NCBI GenBank assembly: GCA_965243515.1
Contig: OZ251572.1
Span: 1,047,239-1,111,238, forward strand
Reading direction: 5' to 3'
Length of the DNA stretch: 64,000 bases
Source: Phototrophicaceae bacterium
Lineage (GTDB): Bacteria > Chloroflexota > Anaerolineae > Aggregatilineales > Phototrophicaceae
Shown: positions 16,947-25,949 of the stretch, one piece after another
Layout of the letters: each line of letters starts with the position of its first letter
Position numbering within the stretch: the stretch's first letter is position 1
Notes under the pieces: generated by a model
Seen by the model: the letters and a program-made list of their open reading frames with translations, nothing else
The model's database searches: none
What the model was told of the DNA's origin: nothing
Made by a program: the position numbers and the translations under genes

Positions 16947-17054
16947 AAGGTTTGTTAAAATCGCTTTAAGCGCGTTTGAGAGGCCTTGCTCTTCGGTTTG
17001 ATTGACCTTATCATAAGAGCCAATGACAACATTCACTGCGGGGGCTTCCCGACG

Positions 17055-17369
17055 ATGATGAATCCAACCCAGCGCGACCCGCATATTCAGCATCAGGACA
17101 TTACCAGCCAGCATTGGAGCTTCTCTTCGGAGCGATTCGCTGGCGGTGACAACCTGCTGACGGCGCTGGCGCGCGGCTGGGAAATTGAAAGCAAGGTGAT
17201 ACTCAAGCGGCATTGGTTTGCCGGGATGCGCTGCATCGAGATTTTTCATTTTACCATCAAGCGCGGCGCGGTCATTGCCGAAATGGCGGTGATTGGGAAT
17301 CCCTATGTGTATCGTTTCCTTGCCGATTATCCGATTGAGCTTGTCGAGGAAGACGCTGCCAAGGCCTGA
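17055..17369 (+). CDS. Small hypothetical protein, paralogue 2 of a tandem pair
   Basis: 104 aa counted from ATG 17055 (the track ORF starts at 16986). About 23 identical positions over a ~62-residue hand alignment with the 16617 ORF. Confidence 0.45.
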   Translation: MMNPTQRDPHIQHQDITSQHWSFSSERFAGGDNLLTALARGWEIESKVILKRHWFAGMRCIEIFHFTIKRGAVIAEMAVIGNPYVYRFLADYPIELVEEDAAKA

Positions 17370-17486
17370 ACGCGCCGCAGCCGCCTTAGCACAACCACTC
17401 CCTCATCCTTCCTTTCCCGCGGCGGCAGTAATAGGCTATACTGATACGCGAATGCTTGCTTGTGATGTCATAATGGGAAAGGGCCC

Positions 17487-20400
17487 ATGTCTGGGGATCA
17501 ATCCAAGAAACATTTGCCGGGCAATGAGCCTGAACGGAAAGACGACTCGCCGCCGCTGACCCCGGAGGAGATGCTTCAGTCCATTTTGAAGCCAAAACCA
17601 GCGGCGGCCTCGTCTGAAACGCTGGCGCCGCCCGAAGATTCGCCGGCGCTGTCATCACAGCCGCCAAACCCAGACCTGGCGCGCCCCGAGGATCTTCAGT
17701 TTGCCCGTCGGTCAGATGCCGAATCGGAAGCCGATGCTCCGCTGGCGGCTGAAAAGGAAAGCAAACGGGCGGCCGCCGCGAAATCGGATGAAGCGGACAC
17801 GCTTGTCGAGCCTTTGCCGGCCGCGGTCGCCGAAGAGGCCGAGCGGTTTATCGCTATGCGGGATCAAGCGGCGGCCTGGACTGACCGACTCAATAACCAG
17901 GAAATCACTTTCGACGAATACCAGCGCCGTCTCTACGACGCGATGGTGCAGGATGAGGCCGGGATATGGTGGATGATCGATGCCGAAAACGAGCAGTGGT
18001 ATCGTCACAACCCCGACAGCAATCAATGGGAAGAAGATGAGCCGGCGGCTTTGCGCGAGCTTGAGCGATACCATCGGGCAGCAGCCGGTGATGCGCGGGC
18101 CGGCGCCCCGATTGTCGATGCGCGCGGGGTTAAAATCGGCGCAATGCCGCCGACCGCCGACGAACACTACACCTTTCCCAGCACAGCCGCGCTTTCCGAT
18201 GAACTGCCCGACCAAAAAGCGACTGTCAAGAGCAGTTCCGACGGCGGCGGGATGTCTGATTATGAGTTGGAAGCGCCGCCGGTGGTGCAGGAAGTTTTGG
18301 ATGCGCGGCGCGGCGCGGCGCGGCGGCGGCTGGTTTCGGCGGCGGCTGTTGTTCTGATCTTGGTTTTGACGGCGCTGATTGCCGCCGCCGTCGGCATAAT
18401 GGCCTGGTATGGCGATGCGGTCAGGCCCTTTCAGGAAGACATCGCCGGACTCGCCAGCTACAGCCCCGAATTTCAGACGGCGCGGATACTGGATGCCAAC
18501 GGCGCGTTGATCGCGGCGCTCAACAGCCAGCAGACCGGCGCGCGGACGACTGTTCCGCTGGATGACATGAGTCCCTACATCATCCACGCGATTATCTCGC
18601 AGGAAAACGAACGTTACTTTGCCGACCCTGGCTTTGACCCGATTGCGATTGCGCGGGCCTTTATTCAGAACATCAGCGGCGGCGGCATCGAATCCGGCGC
18701 CAGCACGATTACCCAGCAGATTGCCCGCAACCTAGTCTTGCGCGATGCCGAAGTTTCGATAGAGCGCAAGGTCAGCGAGATTCTGGTCGCGCTGGAAATC
18801 GCCAATCAATATGACAAGAACTTCATCCTGGAACTGTATTTGAATGAGGTTTTCTTTGCCAATCAGAATTATGGCGTGGAAGCCGCGTCGCAATTTTATT
18901 TTGGACATGGCGCCGATGAACTGAATTTTGCCGAAGCGGCTTTGCTGGCAAGCATCGTGCCGTCGCCGTCGCAGAATGACCCGGTTGTGAATCGTCCGAC
19001 AGCCATCCAGGGAATGCGGGCGACCATGCACAAGATGCTGGATATCGGCTGCCTGCAATTCCAGCATGGCGATTGGCCGAGCCGCGGACCCTTCTGCATT
19101 CAGGCGGGCCAAGAGGTGATGAACGACGGCGTCCCGCAGGTTCTCGTCCGCACCAACAGCGCTGGGGAGATTGCCGGCGGGCTGGCGATTGTGCAAATTG
19201 CGGAAATGGAAACCACAGAATTTGAGCCGCTGGATGTTCGGCTGCGCTATCCGCATTTTGTCAATTATGTTCAGGCGCGGGTTGAGGCCGAGTTTGGCGC
19301 CAATGCGCTTTTCCAGCGCGGCTTTCAGATCTATACCACCTTGAATCCGTCGGCGCAGGCGGCGGCGCAGGCGGCCTTGAGCAGTCAGGTCAGCCAGCTG
19401 GTGTCTGCCGGCGTGAATACGGGGGCGGTGATGGTGACCGACCCCAACAGCGGCGCTATCCGGGCGATGGTCGGCAGCCATGATTTTGATGATGACCTGG
19501 CCGGGCAGGTCAACAATGCGCTGACTTTCCAGCAGCCAGGCTCGGCGATCAAGCCGATAGTCTATGCGGCGGCAGTCGGCGGTCATCAGGGGAATTATCT
19601 GACGCCGGCGAGTATTTTGTGGGATGTGCCGGTGACCTATGACCTGGGCGCCGGGCAGACTTATTCGCCGGTGAATTTTGACCGTCGGTTTCATGGCCCA
19701 GTGTCCGTGCGGGCCGCCCTGCAAAACAGCTACAACGTCGCCGCCGTGAAAGCCTATTTGTTTTCGGGGTCGGAACGTTTTGTCGAGACGGCGCGAACCT
19801 TTGGCCTGCAGTTCCCCGATGGGACGCTGCCGACGATTGCCAGCGCCTTGGGGGCTAATGAAGTCCGCCTGTTTGACATGATGCAGGCATACGGCGTCTT
19901 TGCCAGCGGCGGGCGGCGGGCGCCGCTCTATGCGATTGAGCGCATCACGGAAACGATTGACGGGGAAGAGGCTGAAGTCGCGTGGGAAGGCGCGGCGGCC
20001 GAACAGGCTATATCGCCGGCGCTTGCCTATCTGATGCAGAATATCCTTAGCGATGACCAAGCTCGCCGCCCGACTTACCCGCCGGGATCGTCTTTGACCC
20101 TGGAAAACATCGGCATTCCAACCCAGAATTTCGCGGCGGCAAAGACCGGCACATCGAATGACAGCCGCGACCTGTGGACGATGGGGTTCACTCGCAACGC
20201 TGTCGTCGGCGTCTGGTTGGGGACGTATAATAATTCGCCTACATTCGGGACGACTGGCTACAACAGCGCCGCGCCGGTGTGGAATGCGGTAATGGAAGCG
20301 GCGCTGGCCGGGCAGGCGCCGCCCCAATTTGAAAACCCCGGCGGCGTTGTCGTCCGCGAGATCTGCCGCACAACCGGCACGCTTAATTATCCCGATTGCC

Positions 20401-21059
20401 CAGAACCCACGACCGGGCTGTTCATCCAGGATCAGTTCCCGCCCGGCCCGGAGCAGGGCTTTATTCAGACCGCCGCCGTTGACAGCTGGACCGGCCTGCT
20501 GGCGAATGACTTTTGCGATGACCATGTTATCGACCGCGCTTTCGTCGCCACGGACGATCTTTCGGCGGTTGACTGGCTGAATACGACTGCGGAAGGGCGG
20601 GAGTATGCCGAATGGCTCGGTCTGTCGCTGCCGGCGTCGGCGCCGCCGACGGGCTCCTGCGCCCAGGGGCAAGGGCTGCCGGCGGTTCATATAAGCTCGC
20701 CGAATGAAGGCGCGGTGATCCGCGGCGCGGTCGAGATCCGCGGCCAGGTTCAAGCGCCGGACTTTTCTCATTATGAATTGCTGTATGCCCGCGCCGGGGA
20801 GGACGAATCGTTTATCCCGATTAGCTCGGCGCTGGTTCAAGTCCCGCAGCATGGCGGCTTTCTGGGGACTTGGGATACTCTGGCGGCTCAAATCCCGACC
20901 GGCAATTACATCCTGCGTTTGCTGGCGACGTCCTTGACTGGCGGCTCCATTCAGCGCGACCTGAATATCCTGGTCGATAATCCGATGCCGACGGCAACGC
21001 CGGGCGCAGTCATCACACCGGTTTTTGCGCCGACAGTCGTCTCCGTTCCTTCCGGCTGA
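17487..21059 (+). CDS. Class A penicillin-binding protein (PBP1A-type transglycosylase/transpeptidase) with a ~280-aa cytoplasmic N-terminal extension
   Basis: GT51 motifs (AIISQENERYF, GASTITQQIARN, RKVSEILVALEIA), transpeptidase SAIKP, and a single TM at ~aa 283-310. Confidence 0.95.
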   Translation: MSGDQSKKHLPGNEPERKDDSPPLTPEEMLQSILKPKPAAASSETLAPPEDSPALSSQPPNPDLARPEDLQFARRSDAESEADAPLAAEKESKRAAAAKSDEADTLVEPLPAAVAEEAERFIAMRDQAAAWTDRLNNQEITFDEYQRRLYDAMVQDEAGIWWMIDAENEQWYRHNPDSNQWEEDEPAALRELERYHRAAAGDARAGAPIVDARGVKIGAMPPTADEHYTFPSTAALSDELPDQKATVKSSSDGGGMSDYELEAPPVVQEVLDARRGAARRRLVSAAAVVLILVLTALIAAAVGIMAWYGDAVRPFQEDIAGLASYSPEFQTARILDANGALIAALNSQQTGARTTVPLDDMSPYIIHAIISQENERYFADPGFDPIAIARAFIQNISGGGIESGASTITQQIARNLVLRDAEVSIERKVSEILVALEIANQYDKNFILELYLNEVFFANQNYGVEAASQFYFGHGADELNFAEAALLASIVPSPSQNDPVVNRPTAIQGMRATMHKMLDIGCLQFQHGDWPSRGPFCIQAGQEVMNDGVPQVLVRTNSAGEIAGGLAIVQIAEMETTEFEPLDVRLRYPHFVNYVQARVEAEFGANALFQRGFQIYTTLNPSAQAAAQAALSSQVSQLVSAGVNTGAVMVTDPNSGAIRAMVGSHDFDDDLAGQVNNALTFQQPGSAIKPIVYAAAVGGHQGNYLTPASILWDVPVTYDLGAGQTYSPVNFDRRFHGPVSVRAALQNSYNVAAVKAYLFSGSERFVETARTFGLQFPDGTLPTIASALGANEVRLFDMMQAYGVFASGGRRAPLYAIERITETIDGEEAEVAWEGAAAEQAISPALAYLMQNILSDDQARRPTYPPGSSLTLENIGIPTQNFAAAKTGTSNDSRDLWTMGFTRNAVVGVWLGTYNNSPTFGTTGYNSAAPVWNAVMEAALAGQAPPQFENPGGVVVREICRTTGTLNYPDCPEPTTGLFIQDQFPPGPEQGFIQTAAVDSWTGLLANDFCDDHVIDRAFVATDDLSAVDWLNTTAEGREYAEWLGLSLPASAPPTGSCAQGQGLPAVHISSPNEGAVIRGAVEIRGQVQAPDFSHYELLYARAGEDESFIPISSALVQVPQHGGFLGTWDTLAAQIPTGNYILRLLATSLTGGSIQRDLNILVDNPMPTATPGAVITPVFAPTVVSVPSG

Positions 21060-21115
21060 TCCATGCCAATTCTGCTACAATATCCCCATCGGGGCGAAAT
21101 CGGGAGGATACAGGC

Positions 21116-23377
21116 ATGAAGCAGCATCCGCTGGTGGAGGGTATGAATGCGCAGCAGGCGGCCGCCATCACCGCCGGCGCGGGGCCGGTGTTGGTGCTGG
21201 CAGGCCCCGGCAGTGGCAAGACCAGTGTTCTGACTCGCCGCGCCGCTTATCTGATTAGCGAACGCCGCGTGCCGCATCATCGCATCATGGCGGTGACCTT
21301 TACCAACAAAGCGGCCGGCGAAATGCGGGCGCGCATTGAAAAGCTGCTGGGGCAGCCTTTGCGCGGCTTGCAAGTGGGGACATTTCACGCTACCTGCGCC
21401 CGCTTCCTGCGGATGGAAGCCGAAAGCATCGACTATAAGCCGGATTATGTCATTTATGACAGCGATGACCAGCAGTCGCTGGTTAAACAGGTGATGAAGC
21501 GGCTCGATATTGACCCCAAGCGGTACAACCCGCGCGCTATTTTGGCCGGGATTTCCAGCGCCAAGAACGAGATGATCTTGCCGCATGAATTCCAGTCGGT
21601 GGATTATTTCGGCGAGATTGTCAAGCAGGTTTATGACCGGTATCAAACTGCCTTGCGGGATGCCAATGCAATGGATTTTGATGATTTGCTGCTGAACATG
21701 GTTTTGCTGCTGCGCGGCAGCGACATCCTGCGGAAAAAGTATCAAAGCCGATTTGAATATGTGCTGGTCGATGAGTTTCAGGATACTAACAAAGTGCAGT
21801 ATGAACTGGTGCGGTGTTTTGCGGCGCCGCAGAACAACGTCTTTGCGGTTGGTGATGAAGACCAGGCGATTTACGCGTTTCGCGGCGCCGACCGCCGCAA
21901 CGTCCTGCGTTACCGCGACGATTACGCCGAGTCAACCGTCTTTCTGCTGGAGCAGAATTATCGCAGCACCCAAAACATCCTTGACGCTGCCCGCGCGGTC
22001 ATCGACCATAATCGCAACCGCACTCCCAAAGCGCTGCATACCGATAAAGGGCGGGGCAAACCTATCCGGGTTCACGAAGCCTATAACGAGCGTTATGAGG
22101 CTGAATATGTGCTGGAGCAGATTCAGCAGATGCGTTTGCAGCAGGGCCGCGAGTACCGGGATTTTGCTGTGATGTACCGCACCAATGCCCAGTCGCGCGC
22201 GATGGAGCAGGCTTTTGTTCAGGCGAGCGCGCCGTATGTGCTGGTGGGCGGGGTCGGCTTCTATAAACGGCGCGAGGTCAAGGACCTGCTGGCCTATCTG
22301 CGGCTGATACACAACCCGGATGACCGCGTCAGCTTTGAGCGCATTATCAACGTTCCCAAACGCGGGATCGGCAGAAAATCGCTGGATTCCTTCACTGGCT
22401 GGGTAACACAGCAGGGCATGACCATCAGCGATGCGCTGAACCGCTTGTTTTATGATGACCCGTCGCCGCTGTCGGCGGCTGTTAGGAAGAAATTCGTCCG
22501 CTTTGCCGAATGGCTTTCGGGCTGGCAGGAGATGGCGAAGGTCGGCGATCTGCTGGCGATGTTTGACGATATTACAGCAAAGATCGGCTATTTCTCGTAT
22601 CTGGAGGACATCAGCAAGCTGCCGCAGGAAGCCGCCGACCGCGCCGACCATGTGCGCGAGCTGCGCGGCCTGCTGCAATATGCGCTGGAGGATGACCAGC
22701 CATTGCATGAATTTCTTGCCGAACAGTCGCTAGTGTCTGATGTCGACAGCTTGCAGGAAGATACCGATGCCGTGACGCTGATGACCTTGCATGCCGCCAA
22801 AGGGCTGGAATATCCGGTGGTGTTTATCACCGGGCTGGAGACGGGGGTTCTGCCGCATTTTCGCTCCTTTGAAGAAAAGGAAGGCATTGAAGAAGAGCGC
22901 CGTCTATTTTATGTCGGCGTGACCCGCGCCCAGCAGACGCTTTATTTGAGCTATGCCTTTCGGCGCGCCCTGTACAGCGGCAGCGCGCCGGCAAGCCCCT
23001 CGGAATTTCTTGCCAGCCTGCCGCTGCATCTGCTTGATGGCTCGCCGGTTACGCTGGCGAACCTGCGCCGGGCGCAGTCTTATGAGTCGCAGCTTCGCTG
23101 GGAGGATCCGCCTTCTCAAAGCGGCCGGCGGGCGAATCCGGCGGCCAAACCCGAAAGCCCGCTGCGTAAAAAGATCATCCCATTCCCTGGCAGCCGCGCG
23201 CCTCAAGGCGATGTATCGGGATTCAAAATCGGCGGGCGCGTGTTTCATCCGCAGTTTGGCGCCGGCAATGTCATTGGCATTGAAAGCGATGGCGATATTG
23301 TCAATGTCCTGTTTGCCGGGCACGGCCTCAAGAAAATTATGGCTGATGCCGACGGCTTCAGGCCGATTGACAGATAA
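21116..23377 (+). CDS. pcrA: ATP-dependent DNA helicase, UvrD/PcrA family
   Basis: AGPGSGKTSVLTRR (motif I), VDEFQDTN (II), YRSTQNIL (IV), TLHAAKGLEYPVVF and YVGVTRA (VI). Confidence 0.95.
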   Translation: MKQHPLVEGMNAQQAAAITAGAGPVLVLAGPGSGKTSVLTRRAAYLISERRVPHHRIMAVTFTNKAAGEMRARIEKLLGQPLRGLQVGTFHATCARFLRMEAESIDYKPDYVIYDSDDQQSLVKQVMKRLDIDPKRYNPRAILAGISSAKNEMILPHEFQSVDYFGEIVKQVYDRYQTALRDANAMDFDDLLLNMVLLLRGSDILRKKYQSRFEYVLVDEFQDTNKVQYELVRCFAAPQNNVFAVGDEDQAIYAFRGADRRNVLRYRDDYAESTVFLLEQNYRSTQNILDAARAVIDHNRNRTPKALHTDKGRGKPIRVHEAYNERYEAEYVLEQIQQMRLQQGREYRDFAVMYRTNAQSRAMEQAFVQASAPYVLVGGVGFYKRREVKDLLAYLRLIHNPDDRVSFERIINVPKRGIGRKSLDSFTGWVTQQGMTISDALNRLFYDDPSPLSAAVRKKFVRFAEWLSGWQEMAKVGDLLAMFDDITAKIGYFSYLEDISKLPQEAADRADHVRELRGLLQYALEDDQPLHEFLAEQSLVSDVDSLQEDTDAVTLMTLHAAKGLEYPVVFITGLETGVLPHFRSFEEKEGIEEERRLFYVGVTRAQQTLYLSYAFRRALYSGSAPASPSEFLASLPLHLLDGSPVTLANLRRAQSYESQLRWEDPPSQSGRRANPAAKPESPLRKKIIPFPGSRAPQGDVSGFKIGGRVFHPQFGAGNVIGIESDGDIVNVLFAGHGLKKIMADADGFRPIDR

Positions 23378-23379
23378 CG

Positions 23380-24399
23380 CTATTCGCTGGGCCAGCCGTC
23401 GGCGCGCTCGCCGCGTTCAAGCGCGGCGCGGATGGCGGCCGCGGCCTCTTCGGTGACCCACTGGCTCCAGATGTCCTCGTTCTCATCCAGCCACCAGATG
23501 GCGGTATCGGCATGGCTGAAGCCTTCGGTGCCGCGAATCGACAGGATGCCATAAATTTCGGGCGTTAATTCCCATTTTCGCAGCATTTGAGTGACTTCGG
23601 GCGTCCGTTCCAACAGCTGCGGACGCGCCGCGATGATGACAGTCGCATCCTCATAAGCGCAGGCCTTGGTCGTCGACCAGCACAGGTCGCTGTAGGGCGG
23701 CTCTTCCAGCCGCGCCATATCAAGTTTAATCGCCGACGACATGGAATCGTCCAGATAGCCCAGCCACGGCTCCTTTTTGGCGTAGGCATCAAAGAGGTCG
23801 CGGTTCATGGCCGCTTCGGTCGCCGGGACGAAGATATGGATATGCTCGGTCATGCCATAGCCGTCGATTTGAAGCTGGTTGATGGCATGGCAGGGCCAAC
23901 TCGGCGGGCAGCTGACCAGTCGGGCTTTGCCGCCGCTTTCAGGAGTGGCGAACAGGTTTTGGTACTGTTCTTCTTTCAGGTCTTCAATCGAATCCAGTTC
24001 GGGATGCGCCGCCTGGACATAAGCCGGCATCATAAAGGCTGACTGCGATATGCCATCCAAAGAGGCGCCGAGAGAGACCGCATCGCCGGCGGCGAAAGCA
24101 TCCTGCCAGCCTTCGCTGATTGAAAGCCAGAGTTCCATAATGACGTCGGTTTCGCCCTGGCGCAAGCTCTGCATCAAGCCGGTCATATCTTGCAGCAGGC
24201 CGCTGATATTCCCATCCACCACATCAGTAGGGTAGCCGTAGCCTTTCTCGATGATGTACTGCGCGATGCGATTTTGGGTCAGGGCAGTATCAAAGGTGAG
24301 ATCGCCGAAAGTGATCGGCTGCTGCGCCATGACCGCGGCATAGCCTGCCAGCAGAACAGCAAGCAATAGGATAAACAGCCGCGCCGGTTTGAACATCAT
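23380..24399 (-). CDS. Glycine-betaine/osmoprotectant-type ABC substrate-binding protein (OpuAC-like); no cognate permease or ATPase nearby
   Basis: Signal peptide, ITFGDL.FDTALTQNRIAQYIIEKGYGY and VIMELWLS resemble the OpuAC/ProX fold pattern. Confidence 0.65.
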   Translation of the reverse strand: MMFKPARLFILLLAVLLAGYAAVMAQQPITFGDLTFDTALTQNRIAQYIIEKGYGYPTDVVDGNISGLLQDMTGLMQSLRQGETDVIMELWLSISEGWQDAFAAGDAVSLGASLDGISQSAFMMPAYVQAAHPELDSIEDLKEEQYQNLFATPESGGKARLVSCPPSWPCHAINQLQIDGYGMTEHIHIFVPATEAAMNRDLFDAYAKKEPWLGYLDDSMSSAIKLDMARLEEPPYSDLCWSTTKACAYEDATVIIAARPQLLERTPEVTQMLRKWELTPEIYGILSIRGTEGFSHADTAIWWLDENEDIWSQWVTEEAAAAIRAALERGERADGWPSE

Positions 24400-24411
24400 G
24401 GTCTCTCCTAA

Positions 24412-25320
24412 TTACCAGCCGCGCTTGCCCAGCACAACCTGTTCGGGCGTGACATTGATGCCGACCATCGCTTCGCCCAAGTTGCGGCTGACCTCGGCCA
24501 AAATCTGCGGCTCCTGATAATGGGTGACGGCCTGCACAATGGCTTTGGCGCGTTTTTCTGGATTGCCGCTCTTGAAGATGCCGCTGCCGACGAAGACGCC
24601 GTCGACGCCAAGCTGCATCATCAGCGCGGCATCGGCTGGCGTGGCGACGCCGCCGGCGGCGAAGTTCACCACTGGCAAACGGCCGAGTTCGGCGGTTTCC
24701 CTGACCAGATGATGCGGCGCCCGGATTTCCTTGGCATAGCTGTACAGTTCATCGGCGTCCATGCGGCTGATGCGGCGGATTTCGCCGCCGACGGCGCGGG
24801 CGTGGCGGACGGCTTCGACGACGTCGCCAGTGCCGGCTTCGCCTTTGGTACGCATCATGGCGGCGCCTTCGCTGATGCGGCGCAAAGCCTCGCCAAGATT
24901 GCGGCATCCACAGACAAAGGGAACGTTAAACTTCCATTTGTTGATGTGATGCTCTTCATCGGCTGGCGTCAAGACCTCGCTCTCGTCGATATAATCGACT
25001 CCCAAGGCCTCCAATATCTGCGCTTCGACAAAGTGTCCGATGCGGGCTTTGGCCATGACGGGAATGGAGACGGCCTGGATAATTCCTTCGATCATGTCGG
25101 GGTCGCTCATGCGGGCGACGCCGCCTTGGACGCGAATATCGGCTGGCACGCGCTCAAGCGCCATCACGGCAGCCGCGCCGGCCTCTTCGGCGATCTGCGC
25201 CTGCGCTGGGGTGACGACATCCATAATCACGCCGCCCTTGAGCATTTGCGCCAAACCGCGCTTGACCTTGTCGGTGCCTTTTTCGGCGCTGCCATTTTGC
25301 TGATGTCTGCCTGAATCCAT
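24412..25320 (-). CDS. pdxS: Pyridoxal 5'-phosphate synthase, lyase subunit PdxS
   Basis: [48 protein letters not shown] and [20 protein letters not shown] moved the start to ATG 25320. Confidence 0.95.
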   Translation of the reverse strand: MDSGRHQQNGSAEKGTDKVKRGLAQMLKGGVIMDVVTPAQAQIAEEAGAAAVMALERVPADIRVQGGVARMSDPDMIEGIIQAVSIPVMAKARIGHFVEAQILEALGVDYIDESEVLTPADEEHHINKWKFNVPFVCGCRNLGEALRRISEGAAMMRTKGEAGTGDVVEAVRHARAVGGEIRRISRMDADELYSYAKEIRAPHHLVRETAELGRLPVVNFAAGGVATPADAALMMQLGVDGVFVGSGIFKSGNPEKRAKAIVQAVTHYQEPQILAEVSRNLGEAMVGINVTPEQVVLGKRGW

Positions 25321-25414
25321 TGGGTGACCTCTTTTCAAACTTATTCCAAGCCTATGATAAGGCATTTGAAAGCAAAATGATATGTTTAACGCAGTCGATT
25401 AAGTCTATTTTCAT

Positions 25415-25873
25415 TCAGGTCGGCTTCCGCTTTCGGCGTTTCCAGCGGGTGATGGCTCTTCGCTGGCGCCAGATGAGGCCGGCGGCAGCCAGAGCGCCGA
25501 CATAATTGGCGATAAAATCGCCCCAGGAAAAGTAGCGGTCGGAGACAAACGTCTGCTGATATTCGGTCAGGGCGCCGATGGCGAGGGTGATGCCGGCGGC
25601 GAGCGCCAGACTTGCCAAAACACTCGCATGCCCCAGCCAAGCCCAGAACCACAAGGCGCAGGCGATGGCAAAAGTCACGAAATGCACGGCGGTGAATGCA
25701 AGCTCGCGGACGGGAGTGTTGGGGCCAGAAGGCACTCCCATATTATGCAGATAGCCTTCCGGCTGTATCAGCAGGTTGCTAATCCATAGCGACCAGCCAA
25801 TGGCCGCCAGCCAGCGCACCGGCCATTTCTGAAGCAATGCGAACAGCTTTTCCATCATATACTTGGCGCCCAA
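25415..25873 (-). CDS. VanZ-like membrane protein
   Basis: Four TM helices. The C-terminal ..EYQQTFVSDRYFSWGDFIANYVGALAA resembles the VanZ family E..Q......R..s..D...N..G motif. Confidence 0.5.
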   Translation of the reverse strand: MGAKYMMEKLFALLQKWPVRWLAAIGWSLWISNLLIQPEGYLHNMGVPSGPNTPVRELAFTAVHFVTFAIACALWFWAWLGHASVLASLALAAGITLAIGALTEYQQTFVSDRYFSWGDFIANYVGALAAAGLIWRQRRAITRWKRRKRKPT

Positions 25874-25949
25874 GTGATTTTACCAGACCATAGCATAGCC
25901 GTTATCCAACAGATATTCAACCTTTGTTTGCCCATCCATGCCGCCGAGT

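Noticed and set aside
16545-17249. 234-aa minus-strand ORF covering both small paralogue genes.
   Set aside because: The translation has no recognisable pattern. The + strand ORFs share a constrained amino-acid motif, and the first has a good GGAGG and spacing. The minus-strand internal repeat is just the mirror image of the + strand paralogy.
18732-20891. Very long antisense ORFs inside GC-rich genes. Examples: 18732..20891 (719 aa), 47296..48852 (518 aa), 52644..53879 (411 aa), 37372..38592 (406 aa), 8279..9472 (397 aa), 45449..46504 (351 aa), 54762..55781 (339 aa), 14658..15626 (322 aa).
   Set aside because: All lie opposite genes with unmistakable family motifs (PBP1A, GldG-like, glyQS, uppS/AKR, DrrA, pfkB, dnaG, hemC). 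Their translations are Arg/Pro/Gln/Gly-rich low-complexity strings, typical of stop-poor antisense frames in high-GC DNA.
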